From the NCBI RefSeq assembly GCF_001194135.2, contig NC_068983.1:43995691-44034611 (forward strand): a stretch of 38,921 nt of DNA, in the 5' to 3' direction. This document shows, in pieces, positions 1 through 9,994 of this stretch; positions within the stretch are counted from its first letter, which is position 1, and each line of letters starts with the position of its first letter. Origin of the DNA: Octopus bimaculoides. Lineage: Eukaryota. The notes beneath the pieces were generated by a model. The model saw only the letters and a list, made by a program, of their open reading frames with translations. It ran no database searches and was not told where the DNA came from. The translations under genes were made by a program, and so were the position numbers.

Positions 1-298
1 GACCAAAGCCTTGTGAATGGATTTGGTAGACGGAAACTGAAAGAAGCCCGTCGTATATATGCGTATATGTATATATATATATGTGTGTGTGTGTTTGTGT
101 GTCAGTGTTTGTCCCCCCACCATCGCTTGACAACCGATGCTGGTGTGTTTACGTCCTCGTAACTTAGTGGTTCGGTAAAAAAGAGACCGATAGAATAAGT
201 ACTAGGCTTTCAAAGAATAAGTCCTGGTGTCGATTTGCTCGACTAAAGGCGGTGCTCCAGCATGGCCGCAATCAAATGAGTGAAACAAGTAAAGAGAG
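1..298 (+). mobile_element. SINE family A, 5' part outside window
   Basis: Matches the body, internal (TA)n(TG)n tract and tail (…CAGCATGGCCGCA(G/A)TCAAATGA(C/G)TGAAACAAGTAAA) of the full copy at 3636-4033. Confidence 0.9.
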
Positions 299-590
299 TA
301 TCGTCATCAAAGGTTTAGTGTCCAGTTTTTCAATCAGACGGATTTCGTCGAAGCAGATATTTTGCGAGCGGGTGCCATCCTTGCGGCCAACCTGCACCTG
401 TTTTCAAGTGAGATTGCATTTCCTTACCGCTGGATATGTTTGCACCGAACACCGGAAGCGAGCGTCACTCTCATACCGCTTGTCTGATAGTGACACTCGT
501 TTACAACTATCACGTAACATGAAATCAAGTAAGCACAAACGAACGCACAGAACTCTTAACCACGTAGCCGTACCCGCTCATATAGAAATA
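299..590 (-). mobile_element. Old SINE-like element with degenerate tRNA-like head and RTE-type 3' tail
   Basis: Minus strand: head remnant GGGTACGGCTACGTGGTTAAGAGTT near 560-585; 3' part GGTTGGCCGCAAGGATGGCACCC…AAAACTGGACACTAAACCTTTGATGACGA is a diverged version of the RTE tail seen at 34190-34337. Confidence 0.45.
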
Positions 591-674
591 TTAAGACGCT
601 ATTAGCTAAGTACAGGTCATCGGCGAATAGTTACGAAACAGCATTGGCTTTTAGTATGCTTAGGTAGACATATC

Positions 675-1050
675 GAGGCGCAAAGGCCCAGTGGTTAGGG
701 CAGCGGACTCGCGGCCATAGGATCGCGGTTTCGATTCCCCGACCGGGCGTTGTGAGTGTTTATTGAGTGAAAACACCTAAAGCCCCACGATGCTCCGGCA
801 GGGGCTAGTGGCGAACTCTGCTGTACTTTTTCACAACTTTCTCACTCTTTCTTCTTGTTTCTGTTGTACCTGTATTTCAAAGGGTCAGCCTTGTCACTCT
901 GTGTCACGCTGAATCTCGCCAAGAACTACTTTAATGGTGCACGTGTCTGTGGAGTGCTCAGCCACTTGCACGTTAATTTCACAAGCAGGCTGTTTCGTTG
1001 ATCGGATCAACTGGAACCCTCGTCGTCGTAACTGACGGAGTGCCACAACA
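675..1050 (+). mobile_element. SINE family C, full length
   Basis: tRNA-like head with A box (GGCCCAGTGG) and B box (GTTTCGATTCC); second copy inverted at 4770-5156. Confidence 0.88.
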
Positions 1051-1185
1051 GGTAGGCATAATATTGAGTGTCCACTCCTTCAAGCTACCGCATTGGCTTC
1101 TCGTGAAAATAAGCTGTTAATAAAGACATTAAATAATAAAGACATTAATAAAATGATATTCGGAACACCGTCCTTATACGTGGCG

Positions 1186-1346
1186 CAGGCATGGCTTCGT
1201 GATAAGAAGTTTACTTTCCAACCACAATGGTTCCGGGTTCAGTCCCACTGCGTGACATTCCTGGGCAAGCATCTTCTACAATAGCCTCGGAACGATCAAG
1301 ACTTTGTGAGTGAATTTGATAGACAAAAACTGAAAGAAGCCTGTCG

Positions 1347-1379
<33 letters not shown>

Positions 1380-1390
1380 CTTTGTCCTCC
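1186..1390 (+). mobile_element. SINE family A, 5' half running into an N-gap
   Basis: Head GGTTCCGGGTTCAGTCCCACTGCG and body AACTGAAAGAAGCCTGTCGT followed by (TG)n. Confidence 0.85.
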
Positions 1391-1794
1391 ACATACATAC
1401 ATACATACATACATACAGACTAATATNNNNNNNNNNNNNNNNNNNNNNNNNNNNNNNNNNNNNNNNNNNNNNNNNNNNNNNNNNNNNNNNNNNNNNNNNN
1501 NNNNNNNNNNNNNNNNNNNNNNNNNNNNNNNNNNNNNNNNNNNNNNNNNNNNNNNNNNNNNNNNNNNNNNNNNNNNNNNNNNNNNNNNNNNNNNNNNNNN
1601 NNNNNNNNNNNNNNNNNNNNNNNNNNNNNNNNNNNNNNNNNNNNNNNNNNNNNNNNNNNNNNNNNNNNNNNNNNNNNNNNNNNNNNNNNNNGGAAATAAG
1701 TTGTAGGTGCTATTTGCATGCAAAAGAATAACCTCGAGAGCTAATAAAATACACGTTGGTCTCCATATCAGTTTATGAACACAGCAAAGCGTAT

Positions 1795-2297
1795 ATTGTT
1801 TAAGAAGTTCGGTTTGCAACCAGGTGGTTTCCGAGTCAGTATAACTGCGCGACACCTGAGACAAGTGTCTTCTATTATAGCCTCGGGTCAGCCAATACCT
1901 TGTGAGGAAATTTGATCGACGGAAACTGTGTGGAAGTCTGCTGTACAAGATGGAGACGAGTACCAACGTTCCATGCGGCAGGCTTCATAAGTGTAGAGAT
2001 TTCTCTCAGCATGAAATTAATGGCAACCTTGTATCCCCAAAATAAAGAATATATACCACAAGGCAGTGCTGAACACTCCTCGCTGTGTAATATTAGCGCA
2101 TGTATGCATGTATGTATGTATGTATGTATGTATGTATGTGCGTGTGTGTATGTTTCTGATTGTGTTTTTCTTCCTACCGCTTGCCAACTGATGTTAGTTT
2201 GTTTATATCGCCATAACCTTGCGGTTCGGCCAAAGGAATCGACTGAATAAGTATCAAACTTAGAAATAAGTACTGGCATCGATGTGTTCACCTAGAC
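1795..2297 (+). mobile_element. Diverged SINE family A copy with ~155 bp of non-repeat sequence inside its microsatellite region
   Basis: Head/body 1795-1945, unique 1946-2100, (TATG)n, then 3' half 2150-2297 cut by a hAT MITE. Confidence 0.7.
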
Positions 2298-2622
2298 CAG
2301 GCCTGGCCAACTCGAATTACATTGCGGGCCACTTCAATCACAGAAAGTTTTTTAAGGGCTGCTTGTATACTGACAGAATTGAAAGCATTTTGCTTTCTCA
2401 TGCATATTATTACAATAATGAATGAATGATCGTTGATTCAACATGAAACATTATCGTTGCAAAAACAGTAGTATCTTTCTTTTTTACTTTTCATTACAAT
2501 CTTTAATTTTTGATAAAATTGTTTAAATGTTCGTTTAAATAAACCCATTTCAAGAAAGTATTAAGTGGGCCGCGAGAAAAAAATCTGCGGGCTACATGCG
2601 GGCCTCAGATTGGCCAACCCTG
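2298..2622. mobile_element. hAT (Buster/Charlie-type) MITE
   Basis: TIRs CAGGCCTGGCCAA / TTGGCCAACCCTG, subterminal GCGGGCC motifs, decayed 8-bp TSD ACCTAGAC / GACTAAAC with TA at positions 4-5. Confidence 0.75.
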
Positions 2623-2827
2623 GACTAAACCCTTACGATCCAATTATAAAAAAAAAAAAGAGATATATACACGCGTGTATATTTACTAACACACTCACAC
2701 ACATACACAGAAAAATTCACCAAAAAAAAAAAAGTGGGATTTTTCCTGACCTCCTTACTATCCCGTAAATTCCTTATTTTGGTGATTCGGAAACCCGCCC
2801 GCATTCTGGGGAAAACTTTTTTTCCCG

Positions 2828-3044
2828 TTGTTTGTGTCTGTTTGTCCCCCTAGCATTGCTAGACAACTGATGCTGGTGTGTTTATGTCCCCATCACTTAG
2901 CGGTTCGGCAAAAACCCGATAGAATAAGTACTAGGCTTACAAAGAATAAGTCCCGGGGTCGATTGGCTCGACTAAAGGCGGTGCTCCAGCATGGCCGCAG
3001 TCAAATGACTGAAACAAGTAAAAGAGTAAAGAGTAAAAGAGAGT
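2828..3044 (+). mobile_element. SINE family A, 3' half
   Basis: Near-consensus match to 3835-4033. Confidence 0.9.
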
Positions 3045-3404
3045 AGGTGCTATTTATATTACGGTGATCTCCTAATATACCACAAAACCCTTTTTTTGTT
3101 CGAAAAACGGGGGTGGGGAACCCTTGGAAATTTCTGTACATTCAAATATTCTTTTAATTGGGCACTAGCCTGACGAGGTTAGTCTAACAAATGGACTCTA
3201 ATATTTACCTTTCCCCCAGGGCCGTCTCAGTAGTACTATAGTCCCCCGACCAATTGACTGCACCGAGTCCTAGAGTATTTATTTTATTGACAGCGTACCT
3301 CATAATACACATCTAATAGAATTGGGCCCCTTTGACCCTTGAGGTCTTCGAGCAACTGCCTAGTGTGCCCATGCCTTAAGAATGCACTTTTTCATTCTGG
3401 TATT

Positions 3405-3515
3405 TTATCAATCTCTTTTTGCCGCCAAAACTGTTAACTGCAAATTTACGACAACGTAAGGAAACCATCACCGGTTGTCAAGCGATGTGCGAAGAAACAA
3501 AGACGTATACACACA
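3405..3515 (-). mobile_element. SINE family A fragment
   Basis: CACCGGTTGTCAAGCGATG is the reverse complement of the A-family CATCGCTTGACAACCG motif. Confidence 0.6.
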
Positions 3516-3635
3516 CATACACACACACGCACATATATATAATGTACACATGCACGCACATATATAAATGTATACACAAACATATAGGTACGTGTGTGTG
3601 TGTGTGAACAGATATACGTACATACATAGACCCAA

Positions 3636-3791
3636 GAGTGGCTGTGTGGTAAATAGCTTGCATACCAACCACATGATTCCGGGTTCAGTCCCACTGCGTG
3701 GCACCTTGGGCAAGTGTCTTCTACTATAGCCTCGGGCCGACCAAAGCCTTGTGAGTGGATTTGGTAGACGGAAACTGAAAGAAACCCGTCG

Positions 3792-3841
<50 letters not shown>

Positions 3842-4033
3842 GCCATCGCTTGACAACCGATGGTGGTGTGTTTATGTGCCCGTAACTTAGCGGTTCGGCA
3901 AAAAGAGACCGATAGAATAAGTAGTAGGCTTACAAAGAATAAGTCCTGGGGTCGATTTTCTCGACTAAAGGCGGTGCTCTAGCATGGCCGCAGTCAAATA
4001 ACTGAAACAAGTAAAAGAGTAAAAAAAGAGAGT
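3636..4033 (+). mobile_element. SINE family A, full length (tRNA-like head, body, internal microsatellite, tail)
   Basis: A box TGGCTGTGTGG, B box GGTTCAGTCC, internal (TA)n(TG)n, stem-loop tail and AAGAGT tail repeats; about 15 related copies in the window. Confidence 0.92.
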
Positions 4034-4167
4034 ATACATACATACATACATACATATAGATATAGATATATGTACACGCACGCATATATACACCTAAAGC
4101 TATTTATTCTGTGTATACATTTTATACACACATATACATATCACTTTTAAATATTCCTCGTTAACAG

Positions 4168-4224
4168 CCACGAGTTCCCGATCACAGTTGTGTTGATCTG
4201 TTCATATGTTTGCAGTTCTTTCAG
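4168..4224 (+). other. Candidate short exon (57 nt, or 9-nt microexon 4216-4224)
   Basis: Strong donor TCAG|GTAAGA at 4224/4225; possible acceptors TTAACAG (4167) and TATGTTTGCAG (4215); unique sequence. Confidence 0.3.
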
Positions 4225-4450
4225 GTAAGAAAATTTGTGGTGGTGGTGGTGGTGGTGGTGGTTTGGCGGGGTTGGGGGTCGTTGCAATGTTTCTATAGGT
4301 TTTACTTCATATCTGTCTGATCTGTGGTTTTTATCAGGGATCCAAATTGGTGCATTGGTCTAGGGGAGACATGCGATAATAGTTAAAGTGTTAGGAGGTA
4401 GATAGGCTGGTAGATAAATAAACAGACATAGTTAAGTATATCCTTTTCAC

Positions 4451-4543
4451 CGGACGTAAAGAATACGTACACCATCCGTTTTCGGCGTAACAAAAACCCT
4501 AAATCCTAACCCTAAACACTGGGTGTACGGATTCTTTACTTTC
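4451..4543. repeat. Small foldback element with telomere-like CCCTAA core
   Basis: Arms GTAAAGAATACGTACACC (4456-4473) and GGTGTACGGATTCTTTAC (4522-4539) pair 17/18; loop contains AACCCTAAATCCTAACCCTAAA. Confidence 0.7.
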
Positions 4544-4547
4544 GCCT

Positions 4548-4701
4548 TCCTTTTCTACTCAAGCCACAAGGCCCGAAATTTTTGGTGAGAGGGTCAGTAG
4601 ATTAGATTGACGCCAGTACGCAACTGGTACTTAATTTATCGACCCCGAAAGGATGACAGGCAAAGTCGACCTCGGCGGAATTTGAACTCAGAACATAAAG
4701 A
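4548..4701 (-). mobile_element. SINE family B, 5'-truncated
   Basis: Reverse complement of the B core GAGTTCAAATTCCGCCGAGGTCGACTTTGCC…GGGGTCGATAAATTAAGTACCAGTTGCG as at 36822-37040. Confidence 0.88.
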
Positions 4702-4769
4702 TAGGTATATCGATAGATAAACAGATATGTATATTGATAGATAAACAGATAGACAAATAGGTATATCGT

Positions 4770-5156
4770 GACACTCCGTCGGTTACGACGACGAGGGTTC
4801 CAGTTGATCCGATCAACGGAACAGTCTACTCGTGAAATTAACGTGCATGTGGTTGAGCACTCTACAGACACGTGTACCCTTAAAATAGTTCTCGGGGAGA
4901 TTCAGCGTAACACAGAGTGTGACAAGGCTGGCCCTTTGAAATACAGGTACAACAGAAACAGGAAGGAGTGAGAGAAAATTGTGGTGAAAGAGTACAGCAG
5001 GGTTCGCCACCATCACCTCCTGGAGCTTTAGGTGTTTTCGTGGAGCTTTAGGTATTTTCGTTCAATAAACACTCACAACGCCCGGTCTGGGAATCGAAAC
5101 CGCGATCCTATGACCGCGAGTCCACTGCCGTAACTACTGGGCCATTGCGCCTCCAC
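4770..5156 (-). mobile_element. SINE family C, full length, with a 20-bp internal tandem duplication (5021-5060)
   Basis: Reverse complement of 675-1050 over its whole length. Confidence 0.9.
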
Positions 5157-5647
5157 AGTTAGATAGATAGATAGAGAGAGAGAGAGAGANNNNNNNNNNN
5201 NNNNNNNNNNNNNNNNNNNNNNNNNNNNNNNNNNNNNNNNNNNNNNNNNNNNNNNNNNNNNNNNNNNNNNNNNNNNNNNNNNNNNNNNNNNNNNNNNNNN
5301 NNNNNNNNNNNNNNNNNNNNNNNNNNNNNNNNNNNNNNNNNNNNNNNNNNNNNNNNNNNNNNNNNNNNNNNNNNNNNNNNNNNNNNNNNNNNNNNNNNNN
5401 NNNNNNNNNNNNNNNNNNNNNNNNNNNNNNNNNNNNNNNNNNNNNNNNNNNNNNNNNNNNNNNNNNNNNNNNNNNNNNNNNNNNNNNNNNNNNNNNNNNN
5501 NNNNNNNNNNNNNNNNNNNNNNNNNNNNNNNNNNNNNNNNNNNNNNNNNNNNNNNNNNNNNNNNNNNNNNNNNNNNNNNNNNNNNNNNNNNNNNNNNNNN
5601 ATAATCCCGAGATACAACAAAATGAATTAAGAGAAGACTTACCAAGG

Positions 5648-5846
5648 TATACTTACCCAAGTTTGCCCCCCACCGGAATTTGTTACTTCATAATTTACAG
5701 AAAAATGGAAAATTTCTTTTCACAACAAATATAAACGGAATCTACACAATCTGAAGCTTATTCATAGAAGATTCCATTTAAAAATATCCATTTTTCTGAA
5801 AGTTATGAGGAAACAAATCCGGGCCGAGCACACTTGTGTAGGTACG
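5648..5846. mobile_element. Palindromic MITE (family F) with ~65-bp TIRs
   Basis: Left arm TACTTACCCAAG…TTGTTACTTCATAATTTACAGAAAAATGG pairs with right arm CCATTTTTCTGAAAGTTATGAGGAAACAAA…CTTGTGTAGGTA; related arms at 8461-8620 and 13934-14200. Confidence 0.65.
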
Positions 5847-6048
5847 CCGAAATACACACATACACACGCACGCACTCTCACACACACACATGCAAAGCAT
5901 ATGAGGTAAGATAGGGGTCAGCCGACACATTATTTTGAGGGGCCCGTGACTGTCTACTTGGTCTCTCCCTAAAAGCATGGTCAGCTTTACGCGCCATCTC
6001 GAGACCCAAAGTATTTTGTTCCGCCTTGTTTCTTTCGGGGGACCTCTG

Positions 6049-6110
<62 letters not shown>

Positions 6111-6229
6111 TGTATGTGTGTGGTTACGAGAGGTGGAGGATGGCCAGAGAAAAAGTGGGGAAACAGAAAGTGGTAGATATTAAGTAGATTATTTTGTGGT
6201 AAACTGACGGACAATCAAAAGGATTATTG

Positions 6230-6294
6230 AATATAGATAGACAGTCAGATAGTTAGATATAGATGCTCGGAAGAGAGGGAAGGAGGGGTGAGAA

Positions 6295-6368
<74 letters not shown>

Positions 6369-6392
6369 GGATAGATAGATAGACAGACAGTC

Positions 6393-6445
<53 letters not shown>

Positions 6446-6450
6446 CATAG
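6230..6450. repeat. (GATA)n microsatellite
   Basis: Long near-perfect GATA/GACA array. Confidence 0.97.
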
Positions 6451-6562
6451 GTTAAATAGCTAGACTGATAGAAAAATAAATGAACAGACAGGTAGACAGA
6501 CATAAAAAGATCACACAAATTGAGTTTAAAATTTGAAAAAAAACCAGAAAAGTTTCTCTTAC

Positions 6563-6647
6563 CTGACAAGCCAAGAGTTAATAGTGTAACTATCCAAAAA
6601 CTTAATTTCCTTAAAGGATCCATCGTTTGATATATATCAATATATAT
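6563..6647 (-). CDS. Candidate first coding exon encoding a signal peptide ([20 protein letters not shown] + 1 nt), CDS 6623-6563
   Basis: ATG in good Kozak context (AAACGATGG), basic-hydrophobic 20-mer, phase-1 donor TCAG|GTAAGA, possible upstream acceptor TTAAACAG at 6648; unique sequence. Confidence 0.55.
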
Positions 6648-7329
6648 CTGTTTAACAAAGTGTTCCTTTCATTAAAAGTTCCCGTATTATCGATTAAGTA
6701 ATCAAGCGCGAAGAAATCTAATATTCTATGAAGCAGAGACAGTTTGTAAGATTTCTAACATTTGTGTTATATTTTATATTCATACAGTCTTGATATTTCA
6801 CACATAGATGTTTGTCGTTGTTAAGAACAGAGCAGGGCTTTCCCCCAATCCAACGGCGGATGTTATCTGAGTGTATGTGACTGTGGGTGTAGTTATATAT
6901 ACGAGTACATATATATACTTATATATACCATACTTATGTATTTGTTTATTGTATGCAAACTTATAGAAGCATTAAATTGTCATTATATGTGTGTATGTAT
7001 AAAAAGAAAGTAAAATATATTTACTGATATATATAAAGAAAGTTATTTATACATGTGTATGTGTGTTAACTATTGTATATTAGAAAACTATGTCTGTGTG
7101 TATTTGTTATGTATTAAAAGAAGAAAAATATGTGTATAATCTTTATATGTATAATGTGTGTGAAAGAGAAAGAGGGAAAAGTATAACAATAATTCTATTT
7201 ATTATTATCACTAATCAAAGTGATGAATGCCCTTAACGCAAATATGTGTGAAAATCGAGTGGGTAATGTGATATGGAGGGCCTATATATATATAGATACA
7301 ATTTTTATATATGTGATGGTGTCACTGTA

Positions 7330-7638
7330 GCGTGTGATGTAGAGAAGGTCCGCCGACTGGACACTCGCTCAGAGAAACAGTAAAAAAACTTGTGTTTTCT
7401 CTTTCTCTCTTTACCACGGCAACGACTACTACCGTCACCCCGACAACGACGACGGAGGGGGTGGAATAGGGGTAGCGTTTTGGGAGGATGGGGTGGCGTC
7501 AGCAATGACGTTAGCGGGGTGGTAGAGGTGATGGCGGGAGTAGATATTGCTGTATGGTGGTGATGGTGGGTGTGGTGGTGGTGGTCGTGATTGCGGTGGC
7601 GGTGGGGGAATATATCTGCCGCGGCGGTGATAGTTATA
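7330..7638. promoter_or_regulatory. CpG-rich, G-rich segment; possible promoter or 5' UTR exon
   Basis: High CpG density against very AT-rich flanks, about 0.7-1 kb upstream of the minus-strand signal exon; donor-like GTG|GTAAAG on the minus strand near 7413. Confidence 0.2.
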
Positions 7639-8031
7639 NNNNNNNNNNNNNNNNNNNNNNNNNNNNNNNNNNNNNNNNNNNNNNNNNNNNNNNNNNNNNN
7701 NNNNNNNNNNNNNNNNNNNNNNNNNNNNNNNNNNNNNNNNNNNNNNNNNNNNNNNNNNNNNNNNNNNNNNNNNNNNNNNNNNNNNNNNNNNNNNNNNNNN
7801 NNNNNNNNNNNNNNNNNNNNNNNNNNNNNNNNNNNNNNNNNNNNNNNNNNNNNNNNNNNNNNNNNNNNNNNNNNNNNNNNNNNNNNNNNNNNNNNNNNNN
7901 NNNNNNNNNNNNNNNNNNNNNNNNNNNNNNNNNNNNNNNNNNNNNNNNNNNNNNNNNNNNNNNNNNNNNNNNNNNNNNNNNNNNNNNNNNNNNNNNNNNN
8001 NNNNNNNNNNNNNNNNNNNNNNNNNNNNNNN

Positions 8032-8215
8032 GGACTACGACCATGCTGGAGCACCGCCTTGAAAGGTTTAGTCGAATAAATCGACCTCAGAACTTATATT
8101 TTGACTCTGTTATGGTTTTTTTTGTCGAATTGCTAAGTTGGGAACATAATCAAACTAACACCGGTTGTCAAGCAATGGAGGTGGTGGAGGTAACACACAG
8201 ACACACACACACATG
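8032..8215 (-). mobile_element. SINE family A, 3' part
   Basis: CCATGCTGGAGCACCGCC…ACCGGTTGTCAAGC. Confidence 0.75.
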
Positions 8216-8220
8216 AATAT

Positions 8221-8435
8221 CTCCTTTTCTACTCTACGCACAAGGCCCGAAACTTTTGGGGAGGGGACCAGTCGATTAGATCGACCCCAGTACGCAACTG
8301 GTACTTAATTTATCGACCCCGAAAGGATGAAAGGCAAAGTCGACCTCTGCGGAATTTGAACTCAGAACGTAAAGACGGACGAAATACTGCTTAGCATTTC
8401 GCTCAGCGTGCTAACGTTTCTTCCAGCTAGCCGCC
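8221..8435 (-). mobile_element. SINE family B, full length
   Basis: Reverse complement matches 36822-37040 end to end. Confidence 0.9.
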
Positions 8436-8460
8436 ATATACACATGGATATATCAGTGAG

Positions 8461-8620
8461 CATACCTACAAGTGTGCCACTCTCGACTTTGTTTCCTCAT
8501 AACTTTCAGAAAAACGAATATTTTTCAACGAAATTTTCTGCAAATACGCTTCAGATTGCGATTATGTCAGAATATAGCTTCGGAAAATTCACACGAGTTA
8601 GCTTTGTTTCCTCCTATACA
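8461..8620. mobile_element. Family F MITE arm
   Basis: CATACCTACAAGTGTGC…TTTGTTTCCTCATAACTTTCAGAAAAA shared with 5648-5846. Confidence 0.55.
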
Positions 8621-8647
8621 CTATGAAGTGTATTTGTTGCTCTTTGA

Positions 8648-9017
8648 CTTTTTTACTTAAGTCATTTGACTGCGGCCATGCTGAAGCACCGCCTTGAAGC
8701 GTTTTAGTCAAACAAATCGATCCCATGACTTATTCTACTTTTGCCGAACTGCTAAGTTACGGGGACATAAACACACCACCACCGGTTATCAACCAGTGAT
8801 GAGTGGGGGACAAGCACAGACACAAAGACACACACACACACACATAGGTATATACATATATACATACTGCGATGGGCTTCTTTCAGTTTCCGTCTACCAA
8901 ATCCACTCACAAGGCTTTTAGTCAGCCCGAGGCTATAGTAGAAGACACTTGCTCAAGGTGCCACGCTGTGGGACTGAACCCGGAACCATATGGATGGGAA
9001 GCAAACTCCTTACCATA
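8648..9017 (-). mobile_element. SINE family A, near full length
   Basis: Reverse complement of 3636-4033. Confidence 0.9.
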
Positions 9018-9033
9018 AGAAGCTATTTTTCTG

Positions 9034-9985
9034 GAAATACAGCTGCGAATTCAAAGGGCAGCAAAAGCATTTGGTGGCTTGGAGTCATGCGTTTGGTGCC
9101 AACGACATATAAATAAGAATACAAAGCTGGCTCTTTACAAATCATTTGTCTTACCATCCCTGTTGTATTCTTGTGAAACATGTACTTGTTATGAAAAGCA
9201 TTTTAAACTGTTAGAACAATTCCACCAAAAATGCCTACTTTTTCTCCAAACACAGATGTCCTTGCATCTGCAGGCATCACCTCAATTAAAGCTGTGATTT
9301 TGAGGAACCAAATGAGATGGTGTGGTCATATTGTTCGAATGGCAGATGAACGCATGCTGAAACAGCTGTTTTATGGTGAGCTTGCAGAAGGGAAACGCTA
9401 TCAGCGTAAACTTTAAAAAGATTTAAGGACGGCATAAGGACTACTATGAAGTCACTTGGAATGGTTCCAGAAGATATAGAAACCCTTGCTTCGGATCGAG
9501 TTGGATGGCGAACAAAGGTGTGGAGTGGAGTGAAAGCATTTGAAGAGGCCAGGATAACGCAAGTAAGACTCAAAAGAGATCTAAGGAAGAATGTAACGAT
9601 CGAGAAGGTGAATGACAATGACCTTTTTGTGTGCACAGTTTGTGACAGACCATGCCTGTCTTTTGCTGGCCTCGAATCTCATCTGTGAACGCTTGGAAAA
9701 CGAAACTCCACCAACTATTCTTACTATATGCCTGTGCACACCTTTGAATGCAGTGTATGCCAGAAGGTTTGCAAATCCAACGGAGGCCTCAAAAGACATG
9801 TTAAGATCCACAAAGAGCAGAACTTATCTACAGGTCTTAGTGGTCCAAATCAGGAGTGCAATCTATGTGGGTGTCTTCTCAGAACATTGTCTGGTTTAAA
9901 AAGCCACAACAGATGCCGTGATGGTTCTAAGGTGTAGGTACAGGAGGTGGTGAAACTCTGTATAAGGAGTAGACGACCAATATGT
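9034..9985 (+). mobile_element. 5'-truncated RTE-clade LINE relic: RT C-terminal region plus three C2H2-type zinc fingers
   Basis: EIQLRIQRAAKAFGGL…LLYSCET; RWCGHIVRM..ERMLKQLFYGEL; DRVGWR; fingers CTVC…H, CSVC…H…H, CNLC…H; two frameshifts and stop codons. Confidence 0.88.
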
Positions 9986-9994
9986 ATGTATATA

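Noticed and set aside
299-480. Exon- or promoter-like CpG-rich segment (RKDGTRSQNICFDEIRLIEKLD; CCGGAAG motif)
   Set aside because: Better explained as a diverged SINE with an RTE-type tail on the minus strand.
675-750. tRNA gene-like sequences (also the heads at 3640, 25759, 36430, 36825)
   Set aside because: A/B boxes are present but each continues into a multi-copy SINE body and lacks a complete cloverleaf.
2631-2827. Odd homopolymer-rich unique sequence (also 3060-3130)
   Set aside because: Looks like low-quality or gap-fill sequence; no interpretable structure.
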